The notes below the pieces were generated by a model. It made no database searches, was not told the origin of the DNA, and saw nothing but the letters and a program-made list of their open reading frames with translations. Source: an uncultured archaeon (GTDB lineage Archaea > Asgardarchaeota > Heimdallarchaeia > Heimdallarchaeales > Heimdallarchaeaceae). From it: 64,000 nt of DNA. How positions within the stretch are numbered: position 1 is the stretch's first letter; every line of letters begins with the position of its first letter. Made by a program: the position numbers and the translations under genes. The stretch is from the NCBI GenBank assembly GCA_964534625.1, contig CAZHRF010000007.1, positions 11,170 through 75,169 on the forward strand, in the 5' to 3' direction. Below are positions 39,602 to 49,861 of the stretch, piece after piece.

Positions 39602-41050
39602 ATGTATTCTCATTACCAAAACGCGTTTGAATATTGCGTGAAAGAGTTAAAGAAACATGATATATCCTATGTGATATATGAAATTAACAGTGAATTACTT
39701 GAAAAAGTGAACTTTTTTATATGGAAAAAAATGGATTTCATTTATAAATTTGCAGAAAAAACGAACTGTCATTTAGCTATTGTAGGTGGTTTTGTTCGTG
39801 ATATACTTATGGAGAATCCTTCAAATGATGTGGATATTGTTCTTTTTAGTGGAAATATAGATGAATTTACATCCGATATAGCAAAAAGAATGGATGCAAA
39901 AATAGGAAAAATGAACAATAAAACTTTAACTACCCAAATTAGATTTAAGGATGGACTAGTATTTGAATTTAACCAAATTAGAAAAGAGAAATATGACGAA
40001 TTTCCATCAAGACAACCTAAAGTTGAAGAAGGCACTATTGTTGAAGATTTGAAAAGAAGAGATTTTACAATAAATACTTTTCTTATGTTTGGTACTCAAT
40101 ACATTGACATTTTTGGAGGAAAGGAAGATCTAGAAAAAAAAATAATAGACACGACACGTACGCCAGTTATTGTGTTTAAAGAAGACTACCTAAGAATGTT
40201 TAGAGCAGTAAGATTCGCTTGTAAACTGGATTTTATGATAGCAAAGAGAGTTAAAGACGGAATAAAAAAGAATGCGAAGAATCTCAAAAAGGTTCCTCAT
40301 GAAAGAATAGTGGAAGAACTTAAAGAATCAGTTAGATTTAACTCAAAAAAAATGTTTAATCTACTAGTACAATTGGAGATAGTAAAAGTTCTGATCCCTG
40401 AGCTGAAAAATAAGCAATTAAATCCAAATTTGTACGTTACTAGAAAATTATATGATAAGATAGAAAAAAAATTGCACTATATTGATAAAAGAAGCAAAAA
40501 AATAGAAGATATAATATTGATGAAGTTAACCCCTATTTTCATGGAAATAGGGCGAAAGGCAATTAATATAAAAAATGATTTGTGTCAACCCCCCAATTTA
40601 GATGCAGTTTCAAAAGTATTAAGGCGGTTTAAGTTTTCCAATGAAGAGATTTATCAAATTTCATTACTGTCAAGAAATACATCGAGCTTCTTCTATTTTG
40701 TTACTCATGACTGCTCTTTGCTAGAAAAAAGAAAGTTTTTACTGAAAGTTGGGATCCATTTAGAAGCAATTATTACGCTTGCCAAATCAGAGAATAGATT
40801 GTTATGTGACCCCTTAGAATTAAGCCCATTAATTTCAGAGTTAAAAGATTTGAACAAAGATAGATCATTAATTGATGTAGAACCAGCATTAGACGGATTC
40901 CAAATACAAGAAATATTTAATTTCGAAGGAAAAGAAATAGGACAAGCAAAAGAATTGTTGGTTGATGCTATAATGGCAGAAAAAATTGTTAATAATGAAA
41001 AAGAGTGTATTGATTATATAAAGAAAAATGAAAAAGAGATTAAAAATTAA
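39602..41050 (+). CDS. Class II (bacterial/eukaryal-type) tRNA nucleotidyltransferase / poly(A) polymerase family protein
   Basis: Head-domain motifs IVGGFVRDILMENPSNDVDIV, RRDFTINTF, EDYLRMFRAVRFACKLDF and PHERIVEELKES. Confidence 0.75.
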   Translation: MYSHYQNAFEYCVKELKKHDISYVIYEINSELLEKVNFFIWKKMDFIYKFAEKTNCHLAIVGGFVRDILMENPSNDVDIVLFSGNIDEFTSDIAKRMDAKIGKMNNKTLTTQIRFKDGLVFEFNQIRKEKYDEFPSRQPKVEEGTIVEDLKRRDFTINTFLMFGTQYIDIFGGKEDLEKKIIDTTRTPVIVFKEDYLRMFRAVRFACKLDFMIAKRVKDGIKKNAKNLKKVPHERIVEELKESVRFNSKKMFNLLVQLEIVKVLIPELKNKQLNPNLYVTRKLYDKIEKKLHYIDKRSKKIEDIILMKLTPIFMEIGRKAINIKNDLCQPPNLDAVSKVLRRFKFSNEEIYQISLLSRNTSSFFYFVTHDCSLLEKRKFLLKVGIHLEAIITLAKSENRLLCDPLELSPLISELKDLNKDRSLIDVEPALDGFQIQEIFNFEGKEIGQAKELLVDAIMAEKIVNNEKECIDYIKKNEKEIKN

Positions 41051-42492
41051 TGATTATGGTTGTGCTTTAGCATGTGTTGATAATCTTCAACTCTCATAAG
41101 AGAAAAGAATGCTCTTTGAACAACTTCACTCAAAGCGGGATGAATATGCATACCTCTTTGAATTGGGGCCATTGTTCTATCTTCAGTATACATCAGATTG
41201 ATAATTTCTTGGATTAAAACAGAAGCTTGAGGACCAACAATATGTGCCCCTAGGATCTCTCTATTCTTAGCTTTAAAGATGATTTTGACAAAATAGTCTT
41301 TAACGTGCATAGCTTCTCCTTTAGCTGTATGCTCGTATTTTTGAAAGCCTATTAGAATCTCATCTTTACCATGTTTTTCTATTGCTTCTTGCTCTTTCAT
41401 ACCTACTGAAGCAACTTCTGGGTGGCTGAAAACTGCATGAGGAACAGCGTGATAGTCAACAGGAACCTTTTTTTTGCCTATAGCATTATAATAGACAATT
41501 TGGCTTTCATAATTACCAACGTGTTTTAAAAGATGTTGTCCATTAGCGTCACCCATAGCCCAAATATTTGATTTGGATGTTTCTAAATATTCGTTAACCT
41601 TAATCCAGCCTTTTTTGTCAAATTCAATATCCGATTTTTCAGGTTCTAAAATATCTGAATTGGAAGCTCTTCCTGCTGCTATTAAAACAGATGAACTTTT
41701 TTTGTGGATTTTTTCGTTGGTAGCACGATTATTAGCTATGATAACCTTTTGCCCATTTTCTTCTTTAATTTCCACAACTTCATGGTTGGTTAAGATTTCC
41801 AAGTGTTTAGAAAGTTTTTTTTGTGCAACAGCTGAGATTTCTGGTTCTTCATCAGGTAAAAACTGTGGATTACGACCTATAATAGTAATCTTGCTCCCCA
41901 TAGCGGAAAAGAAATGGCCATATTCAGCAGCAATATATCCTCCACCTACAATTACTAAACTTTCTGGGAGCTCTGTAAGATCTAAGATTGTTTGACTTGT
42001 GTGATACTTCACGTTATCAATATTTTTAATAGGAGGAATATAAGGTTTAGAACCCGTACAAAGAAAAATCATATCAGATTTAATATATTTTCCATTAACT
42101 TCCAAAGTATACGGAGCAATAAATTTAGCTATATACGGATAATAATCAATATTTTCAGCATGGGATAATCCTTGGCGGATGTTTTCGATATCAGAATTAA
42201 TGATGCTACGCATTCTTTCCATTATGCTGGGAAAGTCAACATGATCAATCTTGGTTTTGATATGGAGTTCATTAGCTTTTTCAGTAAGTCTTATCAAATC
42301 AGCAGGATAGATAAGAAGTTTGGAGGGAATGCATCCCCGTGTTAAACAAATACCTCCTGGTTCATCTTTATCAATAACAGCAACTTTTCTATGCTTATTT
42401 TGATTTAAAAATGGTTCAACTAAATTCATAGCAGAGCCAGTACCAATAATAATGAGATCATATTCTTTGATGTCTTTAGTAGAATTATTCAT
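41047..42492 (-). CDS. FAD-dependent pyridine nucleotide-disulfide oxidoreductase (dihydrolipoyl dehydrogenase-like)
   Basis: GTGSA dinucleotide fold, redox-active GGICLTRGCIPSK, NAD fold VIVGGGYIAAE, C-terminal HIHPALSE. Confidence 0.85.
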   Translation of the reverse strand: MNNSTKDIKEYDLIIIGTGSAMNLVEPFLNQNKHRKVAVIDKDEPGGICLTRGCIPSKLLIYPADLIRLTEKANELHIKTKIDHVDFPSIMERMRSIINSDIENIRQGLSHAENIDYYPYIAKFIAPYTLEVNGKYIKSDMIFLCTGSKPYIPPIKNIDNVKYHTSQTILDLTELPESLVIVGGGYIAAEYGHFFSAMGSKITIIGRNPQFLPDEEPEISAVAQKKLSKHLEILTNHEVVEIKEENGQKVIIANNRATNEKIHKKSSSVLIAAGRASNSDILEPEKSDIEFDKKGWIKVNEYLETSKSNIWAMGDANGQHLLKHVGNYESQIVYYNAIGKKKVPVDYHAVPHAVFSHPEVASVGMKEQEAIEKHGKDEILIGFQKYEHTAKGEAMHVKDYFVKIIFKAKNREILGAHIVGPQASVLIQEIINLMYTEDRTMAPIQRGMHIHPALSEVVQRAFFSLMRVEDYQHMLKHNHNH

Positions 42493-42593
42493 ATAATAAG
42501 AATTTTTTACTAAGTGTTAAATGTTGGTAAGTGTCAACAAAGATATAGAATAAAAGGGAAACATTGAATAATGCACAAAATAAATGGTAATCT

Positions 42594-44465
42594 ATGACAA
42601 GTGATGATGATTTGTTTAAACGTTATCTGTCAGTAGAGACTGCTGGTGGAGGGAGATGGCATCCAGATGGAGATAAAATTGTTTTTATTTATGATGGATC
42701 TGGTAACTTCCAAGTATATGAAACCCAATGTATACAAGATTTACAAATTTGGCCAGATAGAAAAACATATTCTGAGGATAGATCAACATGCGCACGATAT
42801 TTAGATGATGGGACAATTATTTTTACGCGGGACAAAGGCGGAAATGAAAATTTTCAACTCTTTGTAATTGATAAAAATGGAAAAGAAAAATGTTTATCCT
42901 CTGATGATCAAGCAAAACATTTAATCTATTTTCATAATAAAACTTTTGTCTATTTTACTGCCAATATAGAAGATAAAACTCGATTTGATGTGTATAGATA
43001 TCAAATACCTGTTACAGAAAATTCTCCAGAAATGGTCTTTAAACCAAAGAAACAAGGACTTTATGCACCCCAAATTGTATCAGAAGACAACAAAAGGCTA
43101 ATCGTATCAGAATATAAAAGCAATAGATCTCAAGAGTTGTTGTTAGTAAATACAAAAAACAACGAAGTAAAAAATATAACAAAACCAATAACTGGAGAAC
43201 AAGAAACAAGATGGGCTGCTGTTAGGTGGATAGATGCTGAACATGTTTTAGTGCAAACTGACTTTGATAGTGATTTATATAGGCTAGCAATCATTGATCT
43301 GGAAGGAAATTTCTATAAAATTGAACAATTAGAGAACTTTAAACAGTATGAAGTAGAGAAAACTACTTGGTCAACGAACACCCCTTATACCTTCTTTGAA
43401 TATAATGAGGGTGGCTACAGTTCATTATTTAGAGCAATATTTACCCCTGAAGGTATAGAAAATATAGAAGAAATATCTTTACCTAAGAAAGGCTTGATTG
43501 TTAGTGGCGATGCAAGATCATTTACAACAGGAATGAATTTATCACCTGATGGAACTAAATTGATAATAACATTCAGTTCTTCTGAATTACCGACTAATGT
43601 TTGGGTAATCGATCTTGAAACTAATGATTATTGGCAAGTTACAAAAACTGACACTGCGGGGCTAGATTCAAAAGACTTTGCTGATTCAAAATTAGAAAGT
43701 TTTAAGAGTTTTGATGGTATTGAAGTGCCTTACTTTAAATATCTACCAAAAACTGAAAAAATACAAAATGGCTATCCAACCATATTTGTTGTTCATGGTG
43801 GACCAGAATCACAGTATAAACCTGCTTTTTCACCACAAGTGCAATTTTTCATTCAAGCAGGATTTGCCATAATAGCTCCTAATATTAGGGGGAGCGCAGG
43901 TTACGGAACAACTTATTTAGATCTAGATAATGTTGAAAAAAGGCTAGATTCAATAAAAGATATTAAATATCTCGCGTTACACTTAAAAGAAAACGATTCG
44001 GATGTAAATCCGGAAAAATTCTGTGTCTTTGGCGGTTCTTATGGTGGTTTTGCTGTGTTATCAGCGATGACTGAACATCCTGAACTCTGGGCAGCTGGAG
44101 TAGATATAGTAGGAATATCTAATTTTGTAACTTTCCTAGAAAATACTGCTTCATGGAGAAGAAAATTACGTGAAGAAGAATATGGCAATCTAGATGAGGA
44201 TAGAACGATCCTTGAAAGGATAAGTCCGATCAATCAACAGGCAAATATTTCTGCCCCATTGTTTATTATCCACGGTGATAATGATGAAAGAGTACCTGTA
44301 TCTGAAACGATTCAGATGTATGAGAAGTTGAAAGAAAAAGGACTTGACGTTAAGATGTTACGTTTTGATGATGAAGGGCATGGTATAACAAAACTGAGCA
44401 ATAAAATTAAAGCTTATTCTGAAGTTCTAGACTGGTTAAAGAATATTGTCAAGGTTAATGAATAA
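42594..44465 (+). CDS. S9 family serine peptidase (prolyl oligopeptidase / acylaminoacyl-peptidase type)
   Basis: N-terminal beta-propeller region. Catalytic GGSYGG, downstream HGDNDERV and EGHG. Confidence 0.85.
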   Translation: MTSDDDLFKRYLSVETAGGGRWHPDGDKIVFIYDGSGNFQVYETQCIQDLQIWPDRKTYSEDRSTCARYLDDGTIIFTRDKGGNENFQLFVIDKNGKEKCLSSDDQAKHLIYFHNKTFVYFTANIEDKTRFDVYRYQIPVTENSPEMVFKPKKQGLYAPQIVSEDNKRLIVSEYKSNRSQELLLVNTKNNEVKNITKPITGEQETRWAAVRWIDAEHVLVQTDFDSDLYRLAIIDLEGNFYKIEQLENFKQYEVEKTTWSTNTPYTFFEYNEGGYSSLFRAIFTPEGIENIEEISLPKKGLIVSGDARSFTTGMNLSPDGTKLIITFSSSELPTNVWVIDLETNDYWQVTKTDTAGLDSKDFADSKLESFKSFDGIEVPYFKYLPKTEKIQNGYPTIFVVHGGPESQYKPAFSPQVQFFIQAGFAIIAPNIRGSAGYGTTYLDLDNVEKRLDSIKDIKYLALHLKENDSDVNPEKFCVFGGSYGGFAVLSAMTEHPELWAAGVDIVGISNFVTFLENTASWRRKLREEEYGNLDEDRTILERISPINQQANISAPLFIIHGDNDERVPVSETIQMYEKLKEKGLDVKMLRFDDEGHGITKLSNKIKAYSEVLDWLKNIVKVNE

Positions 44466-44776
44466 AATCAATACTAAACTAAAAATAGTAATAGATAAAC
44501 GCTTCTTTTCTTTTCTTTTTTTCTTTTTCAAGAATATTTTATTACATAGAATTACCGACATTAATCCTTTAGTTTATTTTTCGTATCGTTAACTATATAT
44601 GCAACATCCCATCAAAACATTTAAATGTTATTCGATATATTTATATAGTCGATAGTGCTTCCCTAAATAGATATGTAGGGTGCATACTGACAGATTGTAA
44701 AGGTCTAAATACGGGATACTTTAATTATAAATGTTATTTTCAATCTGTTTTATGTTATCAAATAGAGTGGTAGTGT

Positions 44777-45715
44777 ATGAGCGGTAATTCAAGGGAATAT
44801 GGGCAAGAAGAGAAAATTATTTGTCCTGAGTGTGGATCGGAAGATGTAATTCAAGATGTGCATAAAGGCGATAAGATATGTAGAAATTGTGGAACAATAG
44901 TCGATGATAAAATGATTGACGATGGACCAGAATGGAGGGCGTTTACTTCGGAAGAGAGGAGTAAAAGGAGCAGGGTGGGAAGTCCAACTTCTATAACAAT
45001 TCATGACAAGGGATTATCAACACAGATAGGCTGGGAAGATAGGGACGTATATGGGAAAAAGCTTTCTCCCAAGCGTAGGGCACAAATTTATCGATTACGT
45101 AAATGGCAAATTCGTACTCGAGTTCACAGTTCGATAGATAGAAATCTAGCCTATGCAATGTCAGAATTAGATAGGTTATCATCACAATTAGGTCTTCCAA
45201 GAAGTGTGAATGAAACCGCAGCTAATATATATCGGAAAGCAATCGAAGAGCGCCTTATTCGTGGTCGTTCCATTGAAGCTATGATTGGTGCTGTAGCCTA
45301 TGCGGGAGCTAGAATTCGTCGTGTTCCTCGGACTTTGGATGAAATAGCTCGTCATTCTCGTATTTCAAAAAAAGAGTTAGGTCGATGTTATAGATTAATT
45401 GTTCGAGATCTTAATATAAAAATACCCCTAGCTAATCCAAATGAGTATATCGTCCGTTTTGCTGCAGAATTGCGTTTAAGTGGAAAAACAGCACGAAAAG
45501 CAGTTGACCTTTTGGATCGAGCTAAAGAACACAATTTAACAGCGGGAAAAGATCCTACTGGATTAGCTGCAGCTTCTATTTATATAGCAGGTATTACTGA
45601 AGGTGAGCGTAGGACACAACGAGAAATAGCTGAAACGGCAACAGTGACAGAAGTGACGGTAAGAAATCGATACAAAGAATTAGTCAAAAAGTTGGAGATA
45701 GAAGTAACGATATAA
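44777..45715 (+). CDS. tfb: Transcription initiation factor IIB (TFB)
   Basis: N-terminal zinc ribbon CPECGS...CRNCG, B-reader/linker and two cyclin-fold repeats (RGRSIEAMIGAVAYAGAR, TGLAAASIYIAG). Confidence 0.95.
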   Translation: MSGNSREYGQEEKIICPECGSEDVIQDVHKGDKICRNCGTIVDDKMIDDGPEWRAFTSEERSKRSRVGSPTSITIHDKGLSTQIGWEDRDVYGKKLSPKRRAQIYRLRKWQIRTRVHSSIDRNLAYAMSELDRLSSQLGLPRSVNETAANIYRKAIEERLIRGRSIEAMIGAVAYAGARIRRVPRTLDEIARHSRISKKELGRCYRLIVRDLNIKIPLANPNEYIVRFAAELRLSGKTARKAVDLLDRAKEHNLTAGKDPTGLAAASIYIAGITEGERRTQREIAETATVTEVTVRNRYKELVKKLEIEVTI

Positions 45716-45866
45716 TTTTTGTGAGAGTGTATAACCCGCTCTTATCTGTTCTTTGTTTCTTTTTTAAACATTAATCCTCTATCTTAATCTTATTTTCTGT
45801 AGTGTTTTAAGTTGACTTTTTTCAAAGAATTTAATAAAGACTATCTCTTTTTTTTCTTGATGGAAA

Positions 45867-47396
45867 TTGACTGAAGAAAGATTAGTAGATAAACTTGTTG
45901 AGGTTTGTCTTAGACGTGGATTTATCAATCCTACTGCGGAAATATATGGTGGTTTATCTGGTTTTTATGATTATGGACCACTCGGAACTCTAATGAGACA
46001 AAAGATTGAAGATTTATGGAGGCAACTTTTTGTTCTTGATGAAGATAACATATTTGAGATAAAAGGTTCCCTTATCCTACCTGAAAAGGTTTTTGCCGCT
46101 TCTGGACATTTGGATGCTTTTAATGATCCCTTAGTGCAATGTAAGAAATGTAAATCTATGCATAGGGCTGATACACTTGTTAAAGAGGCATTAAATAAAA
46201 ATGTTGAAGGATTGTCTTTAGAGGAACAAGATTCAATAATTGCAGAAAATGATGTGAAATGTCCAAATTGTAAGGGAGATCTTGAAAAAGCAAGATATTT
46301 TAATTTAATGTTTAAAACAGAAGTAGGTCCTACTGAAGGCAATCCAGGATATTTACGACCTGAAACAGCTCAAAACATATTTATCAATTTCAAGCGAATT
46401 GTACGGTTTATGCGGAACAAATTACCTTTTGGAATAGCTCAAGTGGGTAGTTCGTTTAGAAATGAAATCTCTCCTCGAAATTTTGTTATTAGAGTAAGAG
46501 AATTCGAACAAATGGAATTAGAGATGTTTTTTAACCCAGAAAAAGCCAATGAGAAAGAAAATTTCTACCAAATTGAAGATTTAACAATAAACGTTGTAAC
46601 AAGAGAAATGCAAGATAAAGGATGGGATAAACCCAAAGAGTTAACGATAAAAGAAGCAGTAGAATCACAATTTCTTCCTAATCAATATATGGCGTATTAT
46701 TTAGCCTTAGAATCTGAAATGTTTCAGAGTATGGGGATACCAAAAGAGAAGTTTTGGTTTAGGCATATGTTACCAAGTGAAACTCCTCACTATAGTGGAG
46801 GAAATTATGATTTAGAAGTGGATTTATCAGCAGGACATGTGGAAGTGGTAGGTAATGCATATAGGCGCGATTATGATTTGTTGAAACACGCCAAGGGGTC
46901 TAATTCTTCTTTTGAAGTACCAACACCTAATGGAAAAGTTTTACCCCATGTAGTAGAACCTTCAATGGGTATAGGGAGAATTCTCTATACAATACTGGAA
47001 CTGTGTTATCGAGAAGATGAAGGGCGAGACTGGTCGTGGTTCCAATTTCCATCAAGCATAGCTCCTATAGAAGTAGCAGTATTTCCATTAATGAAAAAAG
47101 ATGGTCTAAAAGAAATAGCACAAGATATCCATGTAGAACTTAAGGATGCTGGATATCTATCTTTCTATGATGAATCTGGAAATATAGGAAGACGGTATGC
47201 AAGATCTGATGAAGTGGGTATCCCATATTGCATAACCATCGATTATGATACAAAAGAAGAAGAAACTGTTACAATACGAGATAGAGATTCAATGAATCAA
47301 ATAAGAATATTCGTGGAAGATTTGGAAGTTATCTTGGGTGATCTGATGGATGGAACAGTTGCTTTCGAAGAATTAATGGAAGAATATGGGATTTAA
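45867..47396 (+). CDS. glyS: Glycine--tRNA ligase (archaeal/eukaryal alpha2 type)
   Basis: YGGLSGFYDYGPLGTLM, RPETAQNIF and FRNEISPR motifs. TTG start. Confidence 0.9.
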   Translation: MTEERLVDKLVEVCLRRGFINPTAEIYGGLSGFYDYGPLGTLMRQKIEDLWRQLFVLDEDNIFEIKGSLILPEKVFAASGHLDAFNDPLVQCKKCKSMHRADTLVKEALNKNVEGLSLEEQDSIIAENDVKCPNCKGDLEKARYFNLMFKTEVGPTEGNPGYLRPETAQNIFINFKRIVRFMRNKLPFGIAQVGSSFRNEISPRNFVIRVREFEQMELEMFFNPEKANEKENFYQIEDLTINVVTREMQDKGWDKPKELTIKEAVESQFLPNQYMAYYLALESEMFQSMGIPKEKFWFRHMLPSETPHYSGGNYDLEVDLSAGHVEVVGNAYRRDYDLLKHAKGSNSSFEVPTPNGKVLPHVVEPSMGIGRILYTILELCYREDEGRDWSWFQFPSSIAPIEVAVFPLMKKDGLKEIAQDIHVELKDAGYLSFYDESGNIGRRYARSDEVGIPYCITIDYDTKEEETVTIRDRDSMNQIRIFVEDLEVILGDLMDGTVAFEELMEEYGI

Positions 47397-47495
47397 TACC
47401 CATTCTCAAACTTTTTTCACATTTATCTGCAATTTTGAAAAATAAATCACGTAGCAATAGTAAAAATTAATAAGATAAAAACGAGAGTAACAAAC

Positions 47496-47642
47496 ATGAC
47501 AAAATATATGTGCCAACGATGTAAAAAAGAGATTACCCCAAGTGAATTGAGATTGTTACCTGGAGTGAAATGTCCAAAGTGCAGTCACAGAATTCTGATT
47601 AAGCAAAGATCGCTCATCGCTAAACCAGTAAAAGCAAGATAA
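47496..47642 (+). CDS. rpoP: DNA-directed RNA polymerase subunit P (Rpo12/RPABC4 homolog), 48 aa
   Basis: Not in the ORF track because it is under 60 aa. Translation is MTKYMCQRCKKEITPSELRLLPGVKCPKCSHRILIKQRSLIAKPVKAR: a CxxC...CxxC zinc ribbon followed by RIL.K.R, with size and pattern typical of RpoP. Confidence 0.65.
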   Translation: MTKYMCQRCKKEITPSELRLLPGVKCPKCSHRILIKQRSLIAKPVKAR

Positions 47643-47716
47643 CTACTTCGATTATATTTCCTTTATTTTAGAGGGAAGCAAGGAGAGGTTTATTGATTAA
47701 AAACAAAACATCTCCT

Positions 47717-49303
47717 TTATTTCACAATTTTTCCCAAGACTAGTTTATCACTGATAATGTTCACTATTTCTATTTTTAATACTTTTTCACGTAAATCTGT
47801 TGAACTTTCGATACTTACAGCTGGACCACCGAAAAGAGGATAAGCGATATAAGTATTATCTCGTACTCTATCTTTCTCAGCAACTACCGTGTAAAATTGT
47901 TTTCCTACTAATTCCCCTTTCTTTTTCTTGTTAAAAGCAATAATAGTATTTTTTAATTTACCTCGCTCTTTTTCCATTAAATATCTATCTGAAGGAGAAG
48001 GAACATTCAACTTAGTGAAAGGTGAATTAGGAAGAGGAAGATACTTGTAAACAGTAATTTTATCTGCTATTGAAGGAAGTTTGTGCTCTATTACCTCCCT
48101 TGTTCGACGAAGAGATCTTACAGTCTCACCTGGAAGTGAATGAATAAGATAAATTTGAGGTTTTAATTCTGCATTGGATAATAAGCTGGCAGCTCTAATA
48201 ACAGATTTAGGGTCATCCGGTCTTCCTAAATCTCGACTATGTTTTTGATCAAAAGTTTCACAACCAACGCTGATAGGAGTGTTAGCTAGATATTTCCCTA
48301 GAATTTGTGCTGCTTCAGGAGTAACAAGTGAAGGTTTGACATTTTCTATAGCAATAGAACATTTGTGTGACTGAGAATCACGAATTTTTGCAAGTGTTGC
48401 AAGCAGTTTTTCAATAGCAGAAAGATTGGGTGAAGGAACAGTAGGAGAATATATGGTTTTGTTATCGCCTCGTTTATAATCTAAGAAACCTGGAGCGGAG
48501 AGAACTATACGTTTCACTCCTTGAGAAAACAATGATTCAACTTCATCTAGAATCAATTTGAGAGGACGACTTCTAGGCGGACCAAAAAGTGTAGGGACAG
48601 AACAAAATCCACAACCACTAGGTATATCTTCTGGGCATTCATCTGTAGATACGGTTTCAGGACTTTCGCAGTTACCACATTCACTACATCCACCAATTGA
48701 TTTCACGATATCTCCACGAAAATGATTTGAACACCCTCTAACTACCTCAACATAAACTCTAGAAAACCAGTAATCAGGATAATCTCGTATACCAGCTGTA
48801 TCCGGGAAAAAATGTTCTAAAGGATCAGCAGTAGAGGGATTTTTGATAGATGAAAACAAAAATTTATTCTTTATGCGTCGAGTTGTATAATATTCTGTAT
48901 TAGATAATGAAGCAAAATTAAGTTGTTTTGATAATAAATCTTGAAGAATCCACTCACCTTCACCTATAACGCCTGCATTAATATCTAAAGAGAAAAGAAG
49001 AGAAGAATCTGCAAGAATAGGACCACCAAGAATTATAGGAGCAGAAAAAGAGCGTAAGATAGCAATAACTTTTTTTACAGCGACTAAATCCACAGACATT
49101 GCACTAATTAAAAACCCATCAAAGGAAGATAAAGTGTGACTATGAGAACTATTTAATAAATCTTCAACTCGTACAATTATGGGATAGGATTGTGAGGTTT
49201 TAACTATACCGGCTAAAAGCTTGGGTCCAGCTCCAATAACATCCCGGGTAAACAGACGATGACCATCGTTAGCAGCAAGTGCATCAATAATAAGGATATT
49301 CAC
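47717..49303 (-). CDS. Radical SAM-like protein with flavodoxin/B12-like N-domain, Cys-rich insert and TRAM-like C-terminus
   Basis: VEVVRGC...(41 residues incl. CSECGNC, EC)...GCGFCSVPTLFG...SRPLKLILDEVESL resembles a radical SAM core whose CxxxCxxC is interrupted. The C-terminal beta-rich GKQFYTVVAEKD...VLKIEIVNII segment resembles TRAM. Confidence 0.5.
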   Translation of the reverse strand: MNILIIDALAANDGHRLFTRDVIGAGPKLLAGIVKTSQSYPIIVRVEDLLNSSHSHTLSSFDGFLISAMSVDLVAVKKVIAILRSFSAPIILGGPILADSSLLFSLDINAGVIGEGEWILQDLLSKQLNFASLSNTEYYTTRRIKNKFLFSSIKNPSTADPLEHFFPDTAGIRDYPDYWFSRVYVEVVRGCSNHFRGDIVKSIGGCSECGNCESPETVSTDECPEDIPSGCGFCSVPTLFGPPRSRPLKLILDEVESLFSQGVKRIVLSAPGFLDYKRGDNKTIYSPTVPSPNLSAIEKLLATLAKIRDSQSHKCSIAIENVKPSLVTPEAAQILGKYLANTPISVGCETFDQKHSRDLGRPDDPKSVIRAASLLSNAELKPQIYLIHSLPGETVRSLRRTREVIEHKLPSIADKITVYKYLPLPNSPFTKLNVPSPSDRYLMEKERGKLKNTIIAFNKKKKGELVGKQFYTVVAEKDRVRDNTYIAYPLFGGPAVSIESSTDLREKVLKIEIVNIISDKLVLGKIVK

Positions 49304-49485
49304 AAGAAAAAAAAGAAAACACAGAATAAAAAGATTGGTTTTATCAGTTCTGTTAAAGTCAGAAAGAAAATAAAACAGCCTAAAATGAAAAAAATGAAAT
49401 TATGTAAAATATAAAAATAAGAAAAGGATAAAATTAACCCTCAAGAAGGAAAAATATAAATATCATTAATCGAAGGTTAAAATGA

Positions 49486-49806
49486 ATGGAAGAAGATATT
49501 TGTCCTGTATGTACATTACCACGCGATCTTTGTATTTGTCAGGAAATTGCGAAAGAAGAACAAACAATTTCTGTCAAAATGGAAAAACGCCGTTATGGCA
49601 AAGAATATACTGTTATCACTGGGATCGACCCTAAAGATGTTGATTTACGTACAACCGCTCGTAAGCTTAAATCTAGACTTGCTTGTGGTGGTACTGCAAA
49701 AGAAGGTCGGATTGAGTTGCAAGGAGATCATCGATTTAAAATAAAAGATTTGCTTGTTAGCATGGGCTTTCCCGAGAATAATATAGAAGTAGAAAGGCCA
49801 TATTGA
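49486..49806 (+). CDS. Translation initiation factor aSUI1 (eIF1 homolog)
   Basis: N-terminal CPVC...CIC zinc knuckle and the SUI1 core [14 protein letters not shown]...[19 protein letters not shown]. Confidence 0.9.
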   Translation: MEEDICPVCTLPRDLCICQEIAKEEQTISVKMEKRRYGKEYTVITGIDPKDVDLRTTARKLKSRLACGGTAKEGRIELQGDHRFKIKDLLVSMGFPENNIEVERPY

Positions 49807-49861
49807 TGACGTGATCACATTTTCATACTAAATTTATTGTTTATTATTTCTCTTTTTTATT

